This document shows, one piece after another, positions 46,528 to 57,200 of a stretch of 64,000 nt of DNA (the stretch's first letter is position 1; each line of letters begins with the position of its first letter). Origin of the DNA: an uncultured Taibaiella sp. (lineage in GTDB: Bacteria; Bacteroidota; Bacteroidia; Chitinophagales; Chitinophagaceae); the NCBI GenBank assembly GCA_964448955.1, contig CAYUXT010000004.1:36346-100345 (forward strand), read 5' to 3'. A model generated the notes under the pieces. It was not told the origin of the DNA and made no database searches. It saw only the letters and a program-made list of their open reading frames with translations. Both the position numbers and the translations under genes were made by a program.

Positions 46528-46535
46528 CAAAGGTA
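46528..46535 (-). promoter_or_regulatory. candidate -7 box (TACCTTTG) for tRNA-Arg
   Basis: The revcomp of CAAAGGTA lies 19 nt upstream of the mature tRNA 5' end. Confidence 0.35.
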
Positions 46536-46544
46536 AAAAAACAC

Positions 46545-47138
46545 TTAGTTAAATTCTAAACTTTCTACCAAATGCTCTAAATCTTTTCTTAAAAATTCTG
46601 TTGCCGGCATTAAAGAGTCCGAGTTAGGAGCTACATTAAAATATAAAGCACCACGTATAAAGTTATGGGAAGAATCGGTTAGATAAAACTGATAGGCTGA
46701 TGCCGCATTACCGCCAACGTGATAGTATATACCGGTTAAGCCATTTTGCGTTTTAAAAGCAGGAGTTTTAATATAATCTGCTCGTATATCGTGCGAGTAA
46801 GATAATTTGTAAGATTCGTTTATGAGCTTTGCAATCGGTTCTTTTTGACTTATTGGTTTGTAGCTAAGATACACTGTTGCGTCCCAGTCGGGGAAGCTCA
46901 CATTTATCCAATAGGGGGCATTTTCTTGTAATACTAATCCAGTGTCTTGTGTAATTTTTCCATAAACGGGATACGCAAACGAAAAAGGAAAACCGGCTTT
47001 GGTAAATTGTTGGTATTTATGCTCTTCGGGTAATGCTATTTTAAAATATCCTTTGGGTTTGGGTACAGGGTCAGATGGGCGACAAGCTCCGAAAGAGAAA
47101 AGAATGATGATAATTATGTAGTGTATATTGTGTTTCAT
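46545..47138 (-). CDS. gldD: gliding-motility lipoprotein GldD-like
   Basis: Track ORF to 47231; the likely start is M32 (MKHNIHYIIIIILFSFGAC, lipobox). PKPKGYFKIALPE...VYLSYKPI...GNAASAYQFYLTDSSHNFIRGALYFNVAPNSDSL matches my memory of the GldD family. Confidence 0.55.
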   Translation of the reverse strand: MKHNIHYIIIIILFSFGACRPSDPVPKPKGYFKIALPEEHKYQQFTKAGFPFSFAYPVYGKITQDTGLVLQENAPYWINVSFPDWDATVYLSYKPISQKEPIAKLINESYKLSYSHDIRADYIKTPAFKTQNGLTGIYYHVGGNAASAYQFYLTDSSHNFIRGALYFNVAPNSDSLMPATEFLRKDLEHLVESLEFN

Positions 47139-47297
47139 TGTATGTTTTTTCTCGCAATGTGCGTAAAGTTTATTTATTTTTTTAACTATTAAGAAATGAA
47201 GAGTGGTTAAGATTACTCTCAATGAACGCAAAGATTATTTATAATTAAAAGTTGCAAAGAAAAACAATTACTCTGAAAGCCCTAATAATTAATTATC

Positions 47298-47342
47298 AAA
47301 TCATCTAATTGTAAAATCATCTAATTGTAAAATCATCTAATT
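47298..47342. repeat. 16-bp tandem repeat x2.8 (AAATCATCTAATTGTA)
   Basis: Copies at 47298-47313, 47314-47329 and 47330-47342 (partial). The last copy overlaps the stop codon of the 47337-47717 gene. Confidence 0.7.
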
Positions 47343-47717
47343 CTTCCTTGCCGAATCTTCTAATTGATACTGCTCTATTTTTTGTGCCACCAAAATGTAT
47401 ATACTGTCTAATATCTGCGGATGATGATGATACCATTCTAAAGTATTATTAAGCTCTTCGTAAGTGAGGTTGTGGTGTTTTAAAATGGAGTGGTAAAATA
47501 CTGCAAGGCTATCTTTGTTTTTGGTATAAGCATTACCGCCAATTGTCCCTAAACCCTGACTATGTGCATCTGCTAAGTGAATATCGGTAAGTATATCCGT
47601 CATTTTTTCGTAACTTACCGGAGGCTTACTATTCATTTTCTCGCTGCAAGAAAATATAAATACATTACCAATTAAAACTAAAATAAACAGGAAATGTTGT
47701 CTAATCCACATCATCAT
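47337..47717 (-). CDS. lipoprotein, DUF4296-like
   Basis: 126 aa. Signal/lipobox VFIFSC. MTDILTDIHLADAH resembles the DUF4296 signature. Confidence 0.5.
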   Translation of the reverse strand: MMMWIRQHFLFILVLIGNVFIFSCSEKMNSKPPVSYEKMTDILTDIHLADAHSQGLGTIGGNAYTKNKDSLAVFYHSILKHHNLTYEELNNTLEWYHHHPQILDSIYILVAQKIEQYQLEDSARKN

Positions 47718-47737
47718 TGAGTGTTATTTTTCTTTGT

Positions 47738-48664
47738 TTACGGTTTATTTAATAACTCTCTGTACTTATTGGCATTGGGTACATCTATTTTGCTAATCTG
47801 ATCTACATATTGCTTTCTTTCTTCGCGAGGAGCTAAGGCTATAATGTTAAGATATTCGTTGGATTTTGCAGTGAAGTAAAATTGCAATAAAAAAGAAGTT
47901 GGATTGTCGTTATTAATTTTTACAAGTATGGGAATAAGGCTGAGAATTTGTGCCCTTGCATCTTCCGGGCTGCTTTGCATTACATCTAATCCGCTTCTGT
48001 GAAAAGTGTACCAAGCAGTTCTAAACCCATCGAATCGAGGACTGAGTAATTGCTCTATAAGCCAATATCTGTTTCTGGTACTCCCTGTTGTTTTCCAGCC
48101 TTTTATTAATCCATCTTCGGGAGCATTTTGTACTATATATTGTGCTTTTTTAAGGTATTCTAATCCGCCATTTTGACTATAAGAATCGTAATCTAAACCT
48201 AATATTATATACACATAATATGCAAAAATAGCTGCTAAATTTCCGGAAAGAGGTTCGTTGCCTGCTACTCTGTTATCATCGTAAATAATATTTTGGCTTT
48301 CTTCAAATCTAAAAGTAAAATCGCTTTCTTGTTCTCTATGGTTTATCATAGGAGTAGAATAATTGGTGCCAAATACCGGTCTGTTGGCACTTATATTGAG
48401 TGTAGCAGAATAAACATTTTCGCTTATTCTTCTGGTAATATTTATCATAAAGTTGCACTCAATCTTTTCGTGTGGTTTGTAGTTATCGGTAGTCCAAATT
48501 TTGTTTTGTAGAAAATCATTTAATGCTTTTTCTAAGCTTTTAAAAACCTTAGCATCAACATTTTGTACATTTCTGTGCATTACCGTTACCTTACAGTCTA
48601 ACTCTTGAGCAAAAAAAGCAGTATGAAATAAGAGCGATAAAATTAATAACAAAAAGTAACGCAT
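47738..48664 (-). CDS. DUF4835-family protein (PorD-like T9SS-associated protein)
   Basis: 308 aa. Signal peptide, then AQELDCKVTVMHRNVQNVDAKVFKSLEKALNDFLQNKIWT, the typical DUF4835 N-terminus. The position next to coaBC is also typical. Confidence 0.65.
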   Translation of the reverse strand: MRYFLLLILSLLFHTAFFAQELDCKVTVMHRNVQNVDAKVFKSLEKALNDFLQNKIWTTDNYKPHEKIECNFMINITRRISENVYSATLNISANRPVFGTNYSTPMINHREQESDFTFRFEESQNIIYDDNRVAGNEPLSGNLAAIFAYYVYIILGLDYDSYSQNGGLEYLKKAQYIVQNAPEDGLIKGWKTTGSTRNRYWLIEQLLSPRFDGFRTAWYTFHRSGLDVMQSSPEDARAQILSLIPILVKINNDNPTSFLLQFYFTAKSNEYLNIIALAPREERKQYVDQISKIDVPNANKYRELLNKP

Positions 48665-48750
48665 TATTTTTTAAATTTTTGTGTTAAATAGTATGATAAA
48701 AAACTTACGAAATCTAATATTTATTGTATGGCAACAGTTTTCTTTTTTTA

Positions 48751-49953
48751 TTACTTAGTAGAGGTGTTTCCCAATACGCAAGCTACGATTTTTTTTGCAA
48801 TTTCGGTTTTAGTTGCAAGCGGTAATTCCGCAACTATTCCTTTTTGATTAATAATAGTAACCTTATTAGTATCGAAACCAAAACCTGCCCCTTTATCGTT
48901 GAGCGAATTGAGCACTATAAAATCGGCATTTTTATGGAGCAATTTTTTTTGTGCATTTTCTAATTCGTTATTGGTTTCAAGTGCAAATCCCACAACGGTT
49001 TGGTGGCTTTTTTTGTTGTTACCAATATGTGCCAAAATATCTTGTGTGCGTTCTAATTCTATACTTAAAGATTTTAGGTCTTCTTTTTTTATTTTTTGGT
49101 CTGCTTTGTTTTTGGGTTTATAATCTGCAACTGCTGCTGCCATTATAGCTATTTCGCAATCCACAAATTCACTTACGCTTACATCAAACATTTCTTGTGC
49201 AGACTGTACTGTTATAAGTTTAATATTATGATGATTCACTTGTTCTGTACTTGCTCCTAATACCAAACTTACTTCAAAGCCTTCGTCGGCTAAAGATTGG
49301 GCTAAGGCAATGCCCATTTTTCCGGTAGCATAATTGCCTATAAATCTTACTGGGTCTATGGCTTCGCGTGTAGAGCCGGCGGTTACCAAGGCTTTTTTAC
49401 CATTGTTTTTTTTTTCGGTAAAAAAATCAAAAACATATTGCATAATGTTTTCGATTTCTGCCATTCTGCCCATTCCAATAATACCACTTGCTAACTGTCC
49501 GTGTTCGGGAGCGATAATGAGGTTATTATATGATTTTACTTTTGTAAGATTGGCTTGTGTGGCAGGGTGCAGCCACATATCTTCGTCCATAGCCGGAGCA
49601 ATAGCCACAGGGCAAGTAGCAGAAAGATAAACAGCCATTAATATATTATCACAAGCTCCATTAGCTATTTTAGAAAGTGTATTAGCACTACAAGGCACTA
49701 CAAGCATAAGATCTGCCCAACGACCAAGGTGTACGTGGTTATGCCATTGGTTATTACTAAATATTTGGGTATATACCTCTTTTTGAGAAACAGTAGAAAG
49801 AGCTAATGTAGATACAAATTCTGTAGCTGAGGGCGTGGCTATTACTTGCACTTCTGCACCAGATTTTACAAGCTGCCTTACTAATTCCGGGGTTTTATAT
49901 GCTGCAATGCTCCCAGAGATACCCAAAACTATTTTTTTACCTTTTAGCTGCAT
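48751..49953 (-). CDS. coaBC: bifunctional phosphopantothenoylcysteine decarboxylase / phosphopantothenate-cysteine ligase
   Basis: 400 aa. KKIVLGISGSIAAYK flavoprotein N-terminus, PAMDEDMW, and TAGSTREAIDPVRFIGNYATGKMG (CoaB). Confidence 0.9.
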   Translation of the reverse strand: MQLKGKKIVLGISGSIAAYKTPELVRQLVKSGAEVQVIATPSATEFVSTLALSTVSQKEVYTQIFSNNQWHNHVHLGRWADLMLVVPCSANTLSKIANGACDNILMAVYLSATCPVAIAPAMDEDMWLHPATQANLTKVKSYNNLIIAPEHGQLASGIIGMGRMAEIENIMQYVFDFFTEKKNNGKKALVTAGSTREAIDPVRFIGNYATGKMGIALAQSLADEGFEVSLVLGASTEQVNHHNIKLITVQSAQEMFDVSVSEFVDCEIAIMAAAVADYKPKNKADQKIKKEDLKSLSIELERTQDILAHIGNNKKSHQTVVGFALETNNELENAQKKLLHKNADFIVLNSLNDKGAGFGFDTNKVTIINQKGIVAELPLATKTEIAKKIVACVLGNTSTK

Positions 49954-50073
49954 TTTTACTGTATTGAGATGTGTAAAAAATGTATTAGTCTAATATACCA
50001 CAAAGTTGCATACCCAATTATTTTTTTGTTGGATATGCAACTATTATATGTTCCAAAACAGAATAATATTTAA

Positions 50074-50403
50074 TTATTCTTCACCTTTTTTGCGGTGGTA
50101 AATTTTGTCGTGGTTAAACTCTCCAATTGACTGAATTGCAGGGTTTGCCATTCTTTCATAAAAACGAGAGATTTCGATTTGCTCTTTGTTTTCGTGTATT
50201 TCTTCTAAAGAGTCGTTGTGGCTGGCAAAGTCTTCTAATTTTCTGTGCAACTCTTCTTTTAAAGTTACATTGATTTGGTTAGCACGCTTAGCCATTATTA
50301 CGATAGACTCGTAAAGGTTGCCTGTTCTTTGTTTGATGTCCACAACATCTCTGGTTTCGATCATTGGATTTAATGATGCAACCAATTTTCTATTTATTGC
50401 CAT
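50074..50403 (-). CDS. rpoZ: DNA-directed RNA polymerase subunit omega (Bacteroidota long form)
   Basis: 109 aa. GNLYESIVIMAKRANQIN...LEDFASHNDSLEEIHENKEQIEISRFYE. Sits between bamD and coaBC, as in other Bacteroidota. Confidence 0.75.
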   Translation of the reverse strand: MAINRKLVASLNPMIETRDVVDIKQRTGNLYESIVIMAKRANQINVTLKEELHRKLEDFASHNDSLEEIHENKEQIEISRFYERMANPAIQSIGEFNHDKIYHRKKGEE

Positions 50404-51199
50404 TTTCTCTTATTTTGCTAATTTTTGATTTTGCAATATTATGAATTTTTTCCGCATCTTTTAAATATTTAGAAGTCGGAAAATAATCTTTTAATTCTTT
50501 GTAACTTTCAATTGTTTCGTTGTAACGCTCTTCTTGCTTCTCCTCTAAGCTACCTTTTGCATACAAATAGTTAGAACGCACTATCATATATTGGAAGTAG
50601 TCTATGTCTTTAGAGTCGGGATATTTTTCGATTAAGTTTTTAAATGTAACCTTCGATGCTTTGTATTCTTCCATGTGATAATAAAGCTCTGCTGCCGACT
50701 TATCGCGTTTTTCTAATTTTTGGGTACAAACATCTACATAAGTCTTAACTACAGAAATATGCGGAGACTGTGGGTGGTTTAATGCAAAATTATTGAGTGC
50801 ATCTCTTGCGTGTATGGTATTAGTAGGGTCTAATGACCAATTGCGAGAATCCTTGAATAAACATACTCCATACATATATTCGCACTCTTCGGCTCTGGTA
50901 CTTGTAGGGAAAAACTCTATAAAATTTCTAAATTGATAAGATGCTCCCAAATATTGTTTTTGATTGTATAATGTATAGCAATATCTGTAATATAACTCTT
51001 CGTGGTTTTTCGTACCTCTAAATATAGGCAAAAGACCCTCGTACAATTCTTTGGCACGATACCATTTACCTTGCTCGTAATATTCGTTAGCTTTAGTAAG
51101 TCTTAGATTTACATCGTTACTTTTTCGTAGCTTATCGAAACTATTACAAGACGAAAAACCTATTAATGCAATTAATGCTGTTATGATTATTTTTTGCAT
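50390..51199 (-). CDS. bamD: outer membrane protein assembly factor BamD (TPR lipoprotein)
   Basis: 269 aa. Lipobox GFSSC. TPR-like repeats (ANEYYEQGKWYRAKELYE...). Overlaps rpoZ by 14 nt. Confidence 0.75.
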   Translation of the reverse strand: MQKIIITALIALIGFSSCNSFDKLRKSNDVNLRLTKANEYYEQGKWYRAKELYEGLLPIFRGTKNHEELYYRYCYTLYNQKQYLGASYQFRNFIEFFPTSTRAEECEYMYGVCLFKDSRNWSLDPTNTIHARDALNNFALNHPQSPHISVVKTYVDVCTQKLEKRDKSAAELYYHMEEYKASKVTFKNLIEKYPDSKDIDYFQYMIVRSNYLYAKGSLEEKQEERYNETIESYKELKDYFPTSKYLKDAEKIHNIAKSKISKIRENGNK

Positions 51200-51540
51200 A
51201 CGGAGCGCAAAGGTATGTATTTTAATTATTTTTTTGTTGATTTTTTTATATATAACATAAATCCGAATTTCTGCTACAAACAGCTAAAAACGTAATTGTT
51301 GGATAAAATATTTTATTCCCCTCTAAATAACTTTTTCAATTTCTTGCTTTTTCTTTTGCATAATAAATAAAATCTATATATTTAGGCGGTTTGTTGTTAG
51401 ATTTTTTTGTGATGTGTAATGAGCGTGGGCTAAGGTTTTAATCAACATTTTGACTGAAGCGTAATATATTTTATTCGTCCAAATTTTGTGATAGTAAACA
51501 TTATTGCGAAATTTGGGCAAATTAAATTTCTTTTTAGGTT

Positions 51541-53688
51541 ATGAACAAACAAATATGGTTAATGTCGTTTGCGAGCATTTGTATTTTTGCTGCTTGTAAT
51601 AATGGACAAAAAAATTCTGAAGAAAATATGAGCAATCCTCTATTACAGGCTTATAGCACTCCCTTCGAAGTGCCTCCTTTTCACCTAATCCAAAACGAAC
51701 ATTTTGTTCCTGCATTCGATGAAGCCATTAAAATAGCTGAAAAAGAAGTATTGGAAATTGCAGAAAATAACGACGAGCCTACATTCTCTAATACTATTGA
51801 GGCATTAGAAAAAAGTGGTAGCTTGTTAGATAATGTTTCTACCGTTTTCTTTAATCTAAGTGGAGCACATACTAACAATACCATTAAGGAAATTGCTAAA
51901 GATATTGCCCCTAAATTATCGAAACACAAAGACGATATTTATCTTAACGAAAAGCTATTTGCAAGAGTGCAAAAGCTTTGGGAAAACAAAGAAGCATTGC
52001 ACTTAAATACAGAGCAGTCTATGCTTTTAGAAAAAATTTACAAAGCGTTTGTGCGTAGTGGAGCTAATCTTTCTATTGCCAACAAAACAAAGCTTCGTAA
52101 AATTAACGAAGAGCTTTCGGTGCTTACCGTAAAATTTGGAGACAATATCCTAACCGAAACCAATGCTTACGAATTAGTGCTGGATAATCAAGAACAATTA
52201 GCCGGATTACCCGAAAGTTTAATTTCTGCTGCAGCATCAGACGCTAAAGCAAAAGGCAAAGAAGGTAAATTCGTGTTTACTCTTCAAAACCCAAGTGTAA
52301 TGCCATTTTTACAATATGCTTCTAACAGAGATTTACGTAAACAAATTTGGGAAGCATACCAATCTCGAGGTAATAATGGAAATGCTAACGACAACAAAGA
52401 GATTGTATTGCAATTAGCTAATCTTCGTATGGAAAAAGCGCAGCTTTTGGGTTACGAATCGCACGCACATTATACCTTAGAAGAAACGATGTCTAAAAAT
52501 CCCGAAACTGTTTCTGGGTTACTCAATAAACTTTGGGAACCGGCTTTGGAAAAAGCTAAAATAGAAGCAGCAGATATTAAAAAAATGATGATAGCAGATG
52601 GTATCAACGATGAGGTACAACCTTATGATTGGCGGTATTATGCAGAAAAAATTCGCAAACAAAGATTCGATTTAGACGAACAAGAGTTAAAGCCATATTT
52701 TAGTTTAGAAAATGTTCGTAATGGTATTTTTGATGTTACCGAAAAATTATTTGGTCTGCAATTTACCGAATTGCAAGATGTACCCAAGTACCACGAAGAA
52801 GTAAGTGTATGGGAAGTAAAAGAAGCCGATGGTAGCCACGTAGGTATTTTATATATGGACTTTTTTCCGAGAGAGTCTAAGCGAGGTGGAGCGTGGATGA
52901 CCTCTTATAGAAAACAATCAACTGTTGATGGCAAACGCGTTAATCCTGTAATATCAATCGTTTGTAATTTTACAAAACCCGTAGGCGATATGCCGGCATT
53001 GCTTACTTTCGACGAAACCACTACTTTTTTCCACGAATTTGGGCACGCCTTACACGGATTATTGTCTAATGTGCAATACAGAATGTTATCGGGTACAAGT
53101 GTGCCACGTGATTTTGTAGAATTACCTTCGCAAGTAATGGAAAATTGGGCGGCAGAACCAGAAGTAATGAAAGAGTATGCCAAACATTACAAAACCAACC
53201 AACCTATCCCCGATGCTTTAATTAAGAAAATACAAAAAGCCGGAACCTTTGATCAGGGATTTGCAACGGTAGAATATTTGGCAGCATCATATCTCGATTT
53301 AAATTATCATACTGCTAAAGAAGAAATAAAAGAACTTAACGATTACGAACAAAAATCTATGGAAAAATTAGGCTTAATTTCTTCTATCATTCCACGATAC
53401 AGAAGCACCTATTTTAGCCATATATTTTCGGGAGGATACTCTGCCGGGTATTATAGCTATATATGGTCGGGAGTATTAGATACAGATGCTTTCGAAGCAT
53501 TTAAAACTACTAATTTGTTCAACAAAGAAAAAGCAAATGCTTTCCGTAAAAATGTATTAGAAAAAGGTGGTACCGAAGACCCTGCAGTTTTGTACCGTAA
53601 ATTCAGAGGTCAAGACCCCGATATTCAACCATTGCTACGCAAAAGAGGTTTAGATACAAAGAGTAAAGTAGAAATGGGGAAGAGTTAA
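51541..53688 (+). CDS. dcp: M3-family peptidyl-dipeptidase
   Basis: 715 aa with a signal/lipobox. HEFGH is encoded at 53032-53046, with a downstream E. Length and overall pattern fit Dcp/oligopeptidase A. Confidence 0.85.
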   Translation: MNKQIWLMSFASICIFAACNNGQKNSEENMSNPLLQAYSTPFEVPPFHLIQNEHFVPAFDEAIKIAEKEVLEIAENNDEPTFSNTIEALEKSGSLLDNVSTVFFNLSGAHTNNTIKEIAKDIAPKLSKHKDDIYLNEKLFARVQKLWENKEALHLNTEQSMLLEKIYKAFVRSGANLSIANKTKLRKINEELSVLTVKFGDNILTETNAYELVLDNQEQLAGLPESLISAAASDAKAKGKEGKFVFTLQNPSVMPFLQYASNRDLRKQIWEAYQSRGNNGNANDNKEIVLQLANLRMEKAQLLGYESHAHYTLEETMSKNPETVSGLLNKLWEPALEKAKIEAADIKKMMIADGINDEVQPYDWRYYAEKIRKQRFDLDEQELKPYFSLENVRNGIFDVTEKLFGLQFTELQDVPKYHEEVSVWEVKEADGSHVGILYMDFFPRESKRGGAWMTSYRKQSTVDGKRVNPVISIVCNFTKPVGDMPALLTFDETTTFFHEFGHALHGLLSNVQYRMLSGTSVPRDFVELPSQVMENWAAEPEVMKEYAKHYKTNQPIPDALIKKIQKAGTFDQGFATVEYLAASYLDLNYHTAKEEIKELNDYEQKSMEKLGLISSIIPRYRSTYFSHIFSGGYSAGYYSYIWSGVLDTDAFEAFKTTNLFNKEKANAFRKNVLEKGGTEDPAVLYRKFRGQDPDIQPLLRKRGLDTKSKVEMGKS

Positions 53689-53819
53689 TATTTCATTACG
53701 TTGTAATGCTATATTGCATCGTTAAATGCTACAAAATAGAACAAAGAAGTTACATTGGACTTGTTAAATAACCCCCAAAAAGTCCTTGTCATTTTTTACA
53801 CAAAGCAACGCTAAGATTT

Positions 53820-53871
53820 CACAGGGTTGCACAGAGTTTATTTGCTTTGCAATTCTTTGTGCAACCCTGTG
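53820..53871. repeat. 14-bp perfect inverted repeat with a 24-nt spacer
   Basis: CACAGGGTTGCACA (53820-53833) pairs with TGTGCAACCCTGTG (53858-53871), inside the 513-bp non-coding gap between dcp and the alpha-2-macroglobulin gene. Confidence 0.45.
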
Positions 53872-54201
53872 TTATTAGTCGTTGTTTATTATCATAGATG
53901 CAAACATTTATGGTCATTTATATACACATCTTTATAGATAATAGCACCTCTAACCACTTGAAATACTTTTAAATAAAGTGGTTTGGGTTATTTAGCAAGC
54001 CCTATGTAGTCCCAAAAGTATCCAAAGCTATATATAACTGTATCACCATATAGATTTTATCATTTCTGTTGATATTTCATTAATGGTTTCTGTAAAGAAA
54101 GAACTGACTTCTTGCCAATGTTTATAAATACTTGTTACTGAATTTTCGTTTAATGTATTGCCATATCTATCAAGTTGTCGAATTGACAAAATAAAAATCC
54201 C

Positions 54202-57200
54202 CTACTCTACTTTTAATATCTCACCGCTACTATGTGCTGTAAACTCCGGTGCATACATACATTGAATATTGGCTATGCCGCTGCTATAAGTTCCTTTTGC
54301 ATTTGCATATACTACATACTCCAATACATAAGTCCCTTTGCTCAAATTATCCACAAAGAAATTGGTACTTATATCTTTAGTGGACTGATAATACCCTAAA
54401 GCACCTTTGTAGTGATATTGGCTCAAAACATCTTTGGGTTCAAAACAAGCTGCACGCGTATCCTTAATATGTACATACTCTAAATCTCTATCTGATGTTA
54501 CCGTAATTCTAACCACAACTTTATCGCCAATATGGATTGGTGTTTTGGAAGTAATAGCATTTAGTACTTCGCCTTTGGTAGTATTGGTAGCTTTAAATAT
54601 TTCTTTTTGAATTTTTAAGGAAGTATTGGCATTGGTAATTTTATCGTATTGCTCAAAATACTGCCAATACACTGCTCCCCAAGATGGCAATGCTGCATTA
54701 TTATCTGTTACTGTTACTTTAATATTACCCATTTGAGTATTTACTGCTTTTCCTTCGATATTGGCAATAAAATATCCTGTACCGGCTTGTTGTTTTATGT
54801 TTTCAGATGCAATGTTTTTATCGCCAATCTGTATATTCACTTTTGCTTGTTGGTCTAAAATATTAGTATTATCTGCCAATAAAGCATAGCAGGCTTCTAC
54901 TGTAGCTTTGGTACTGTGCCATCTGTTGGTTTGTTTGTTTTTGATGAGCCAAGTTTGCATTTGTGCTATTTCATTAGCTTTTTTATCTATTTTCTTAAAT
55001 GCCTGAATGAGTATTGCTTGTGTTTCTATCGGTGCTTCGTACCAGCCATAATAACCCGATTGGTATTTCCAATACATTCCCATTTCTTCGTTTATTATGG
55101 CTCTTTGGCGCAAACTTTCGATAATAGTTTTGGCGGTAGTTTCTTGTTGATTGGCGTACAAAATTTCTGCGATATAAGCCTGCATCATTAATCCTTGTGT
55201 GTTCCAATATTGTTTTACTTGCGAGAGATAATATTCGTATTCCTTCTTGTGCTTTGTGGGTATATTTTGCTTGCTTAAACTAAATGCGTAAAGATATTGT
55301 ATGGTTGATGGCGACAAATTATTTTGGTCTAATTTTATTTTACGATTTATCAAATTTTGATAATCATCTACCATTTTGGACTCTAAATATTGCATTGCTT
55401 TTTGGATAATGCTTTGCGCCTCCGTTTCTTTGGCAATGGCAATATTTTTGTCTTGCATTTTTAATAAACCCAACGCTATGGTTTGCGTAATATACCTGTT
55501 CGGGTACATACCTTCGAACCAAGAGAATGCACCATTAGACAATTGTTTTTTCTCTAATTGTTTTAGCGTTTTATTTACATCTCTGCTTAGTTTTTGGGTT
55601 TCAAACAAGGCTGCAATGCGTTGCTTTTGTGCGGTTTCGTCTTGTGCTTCCAATACCCAAGGTGTTTCTTCTAAAAGAGCAGATTTTAACTGTTCGTTTT
55701 TTTGTAGATTAGATATTAACGCAGCCATATCTTTCGTCTGCCATTCGTTGAAAATCTTTTCTATTTTGGGTGTTTTCTTTACTATATCTGCGGCTATGGC
55801 ATTACCATAAAATCTGCTAAATACTTGCTCTGCACAATCGTAAGGATAAGACGCTAAATAAGGCAATGCCTGCACCACATACCAAGTAGGATTAGCGGTA
55901 TATTCTACGGTTAGTCCTTTGTGCAAAAGTGTTTTGCTATTGGCATTTAATAATTTGTTGAAAGTAAAATCTTTGTTGCCGTTACCGAGCATCGGCAAGG
56001 GCAACGTTTCTGTAACCAACATACGATTAGTAATAACAGGAATGTAATGCTCTTCACCATCGGTATGATTGCCTGCTTGCGCCATAATACGCAGTATTAC
56101 CGGCTCGTAGATACTTTCGGGAATGTGGATATTCCAACTTACTTCTTTGCTTTGTCCGGCAGGGATAGATATGAGTTGTTTGGTATTTTGTAGTCTGAAA
56201 GGCAATGCCAAAGACTGTAATGTTTTTGCATTTAGTATTTCTACCCAAGTTTCGGCTTGAATGTTTTCGTTGGTAAGATTTACTATTTTAGAGCTTAATG
56301 TTACATCGTCCATTTGGCGGAACACTCGCGGAATATTAGGCTGCACCATAAGGTCTTTTTGGGTTTTTACCTCGCCTTCGAGATAGCCTATTTTCCAATC
56401 TTTGGTATGGGCAAAAGTTCGCCAACGCCAAGAAGTAAGTGCTTCGGGCATCGTAAATTCAAAGCTCACATCGCCATTAGCATTGGTACGTAATTGTGGG
56501 TAGAAATATGCCGTTTCATTGAAATTGGTACGCGGCGAAAAGGAAGTGTTTTCTGCTTTGTCATTTTCTCCTTCAACAGTAGGTTCAAGGAGCGTCATGT
56601 GTCTTGGGCTAAGGCTAACATCGGCAACTTTCTCTTTTCTAACGAATTCATTTCCACTCATTGGTGCAAAACCACTTGTATTTCTATCAGAAACTGCTTT
56701 ATTAGCAAGTATAGATTTAGCTCTTTTCTTATAATATTCAGTTACCTCTGGAGACCCGTCGCTATATCTATAAATATCTTCATCATAATTAATTCTAAGT
56801 TTAGGAATAGCATAAATATCATAATAAGGAGTATTAAATTCGGCAATTGAAAATAACTTTTCGTCTTTATATACATTAATCCAAGTTCTACCCCATTTGC
56901 AATCATTAAAATTACTCTTTATATATACGCCCAAAACTCCAGTCATTAGATTGTTAAAATCCCAATTGCTTTTGTACAATGCATCTAAAGAAGCATCGTA
57001 CATACCGGCTAAAAATTCCGTTTGAAATATCTTACTTTTTTCTCCTGTAATATTATAAGACCATTTTTCCTTGCTACCTGGTAGTAATTTACTACGTTCT
57101 GTCAATAATTTAATTTGCAAATCTTTATTGTTAAATGGAATTTTTACAAATTTTTTCGTTTCGTAAATACGATTATCTTTAATGAAATAACTGACATAAT

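Noticed and set aside
49406-49415. T10 homopolymer inside coaBC, as a possible phase-variable tract.
   Set aside because: It encodes an in-frame Lys/Asn linker (EKKNNGKK) between the CoaC and CoaB halves of an essential gene. Nothing suggests it acts as a switch.
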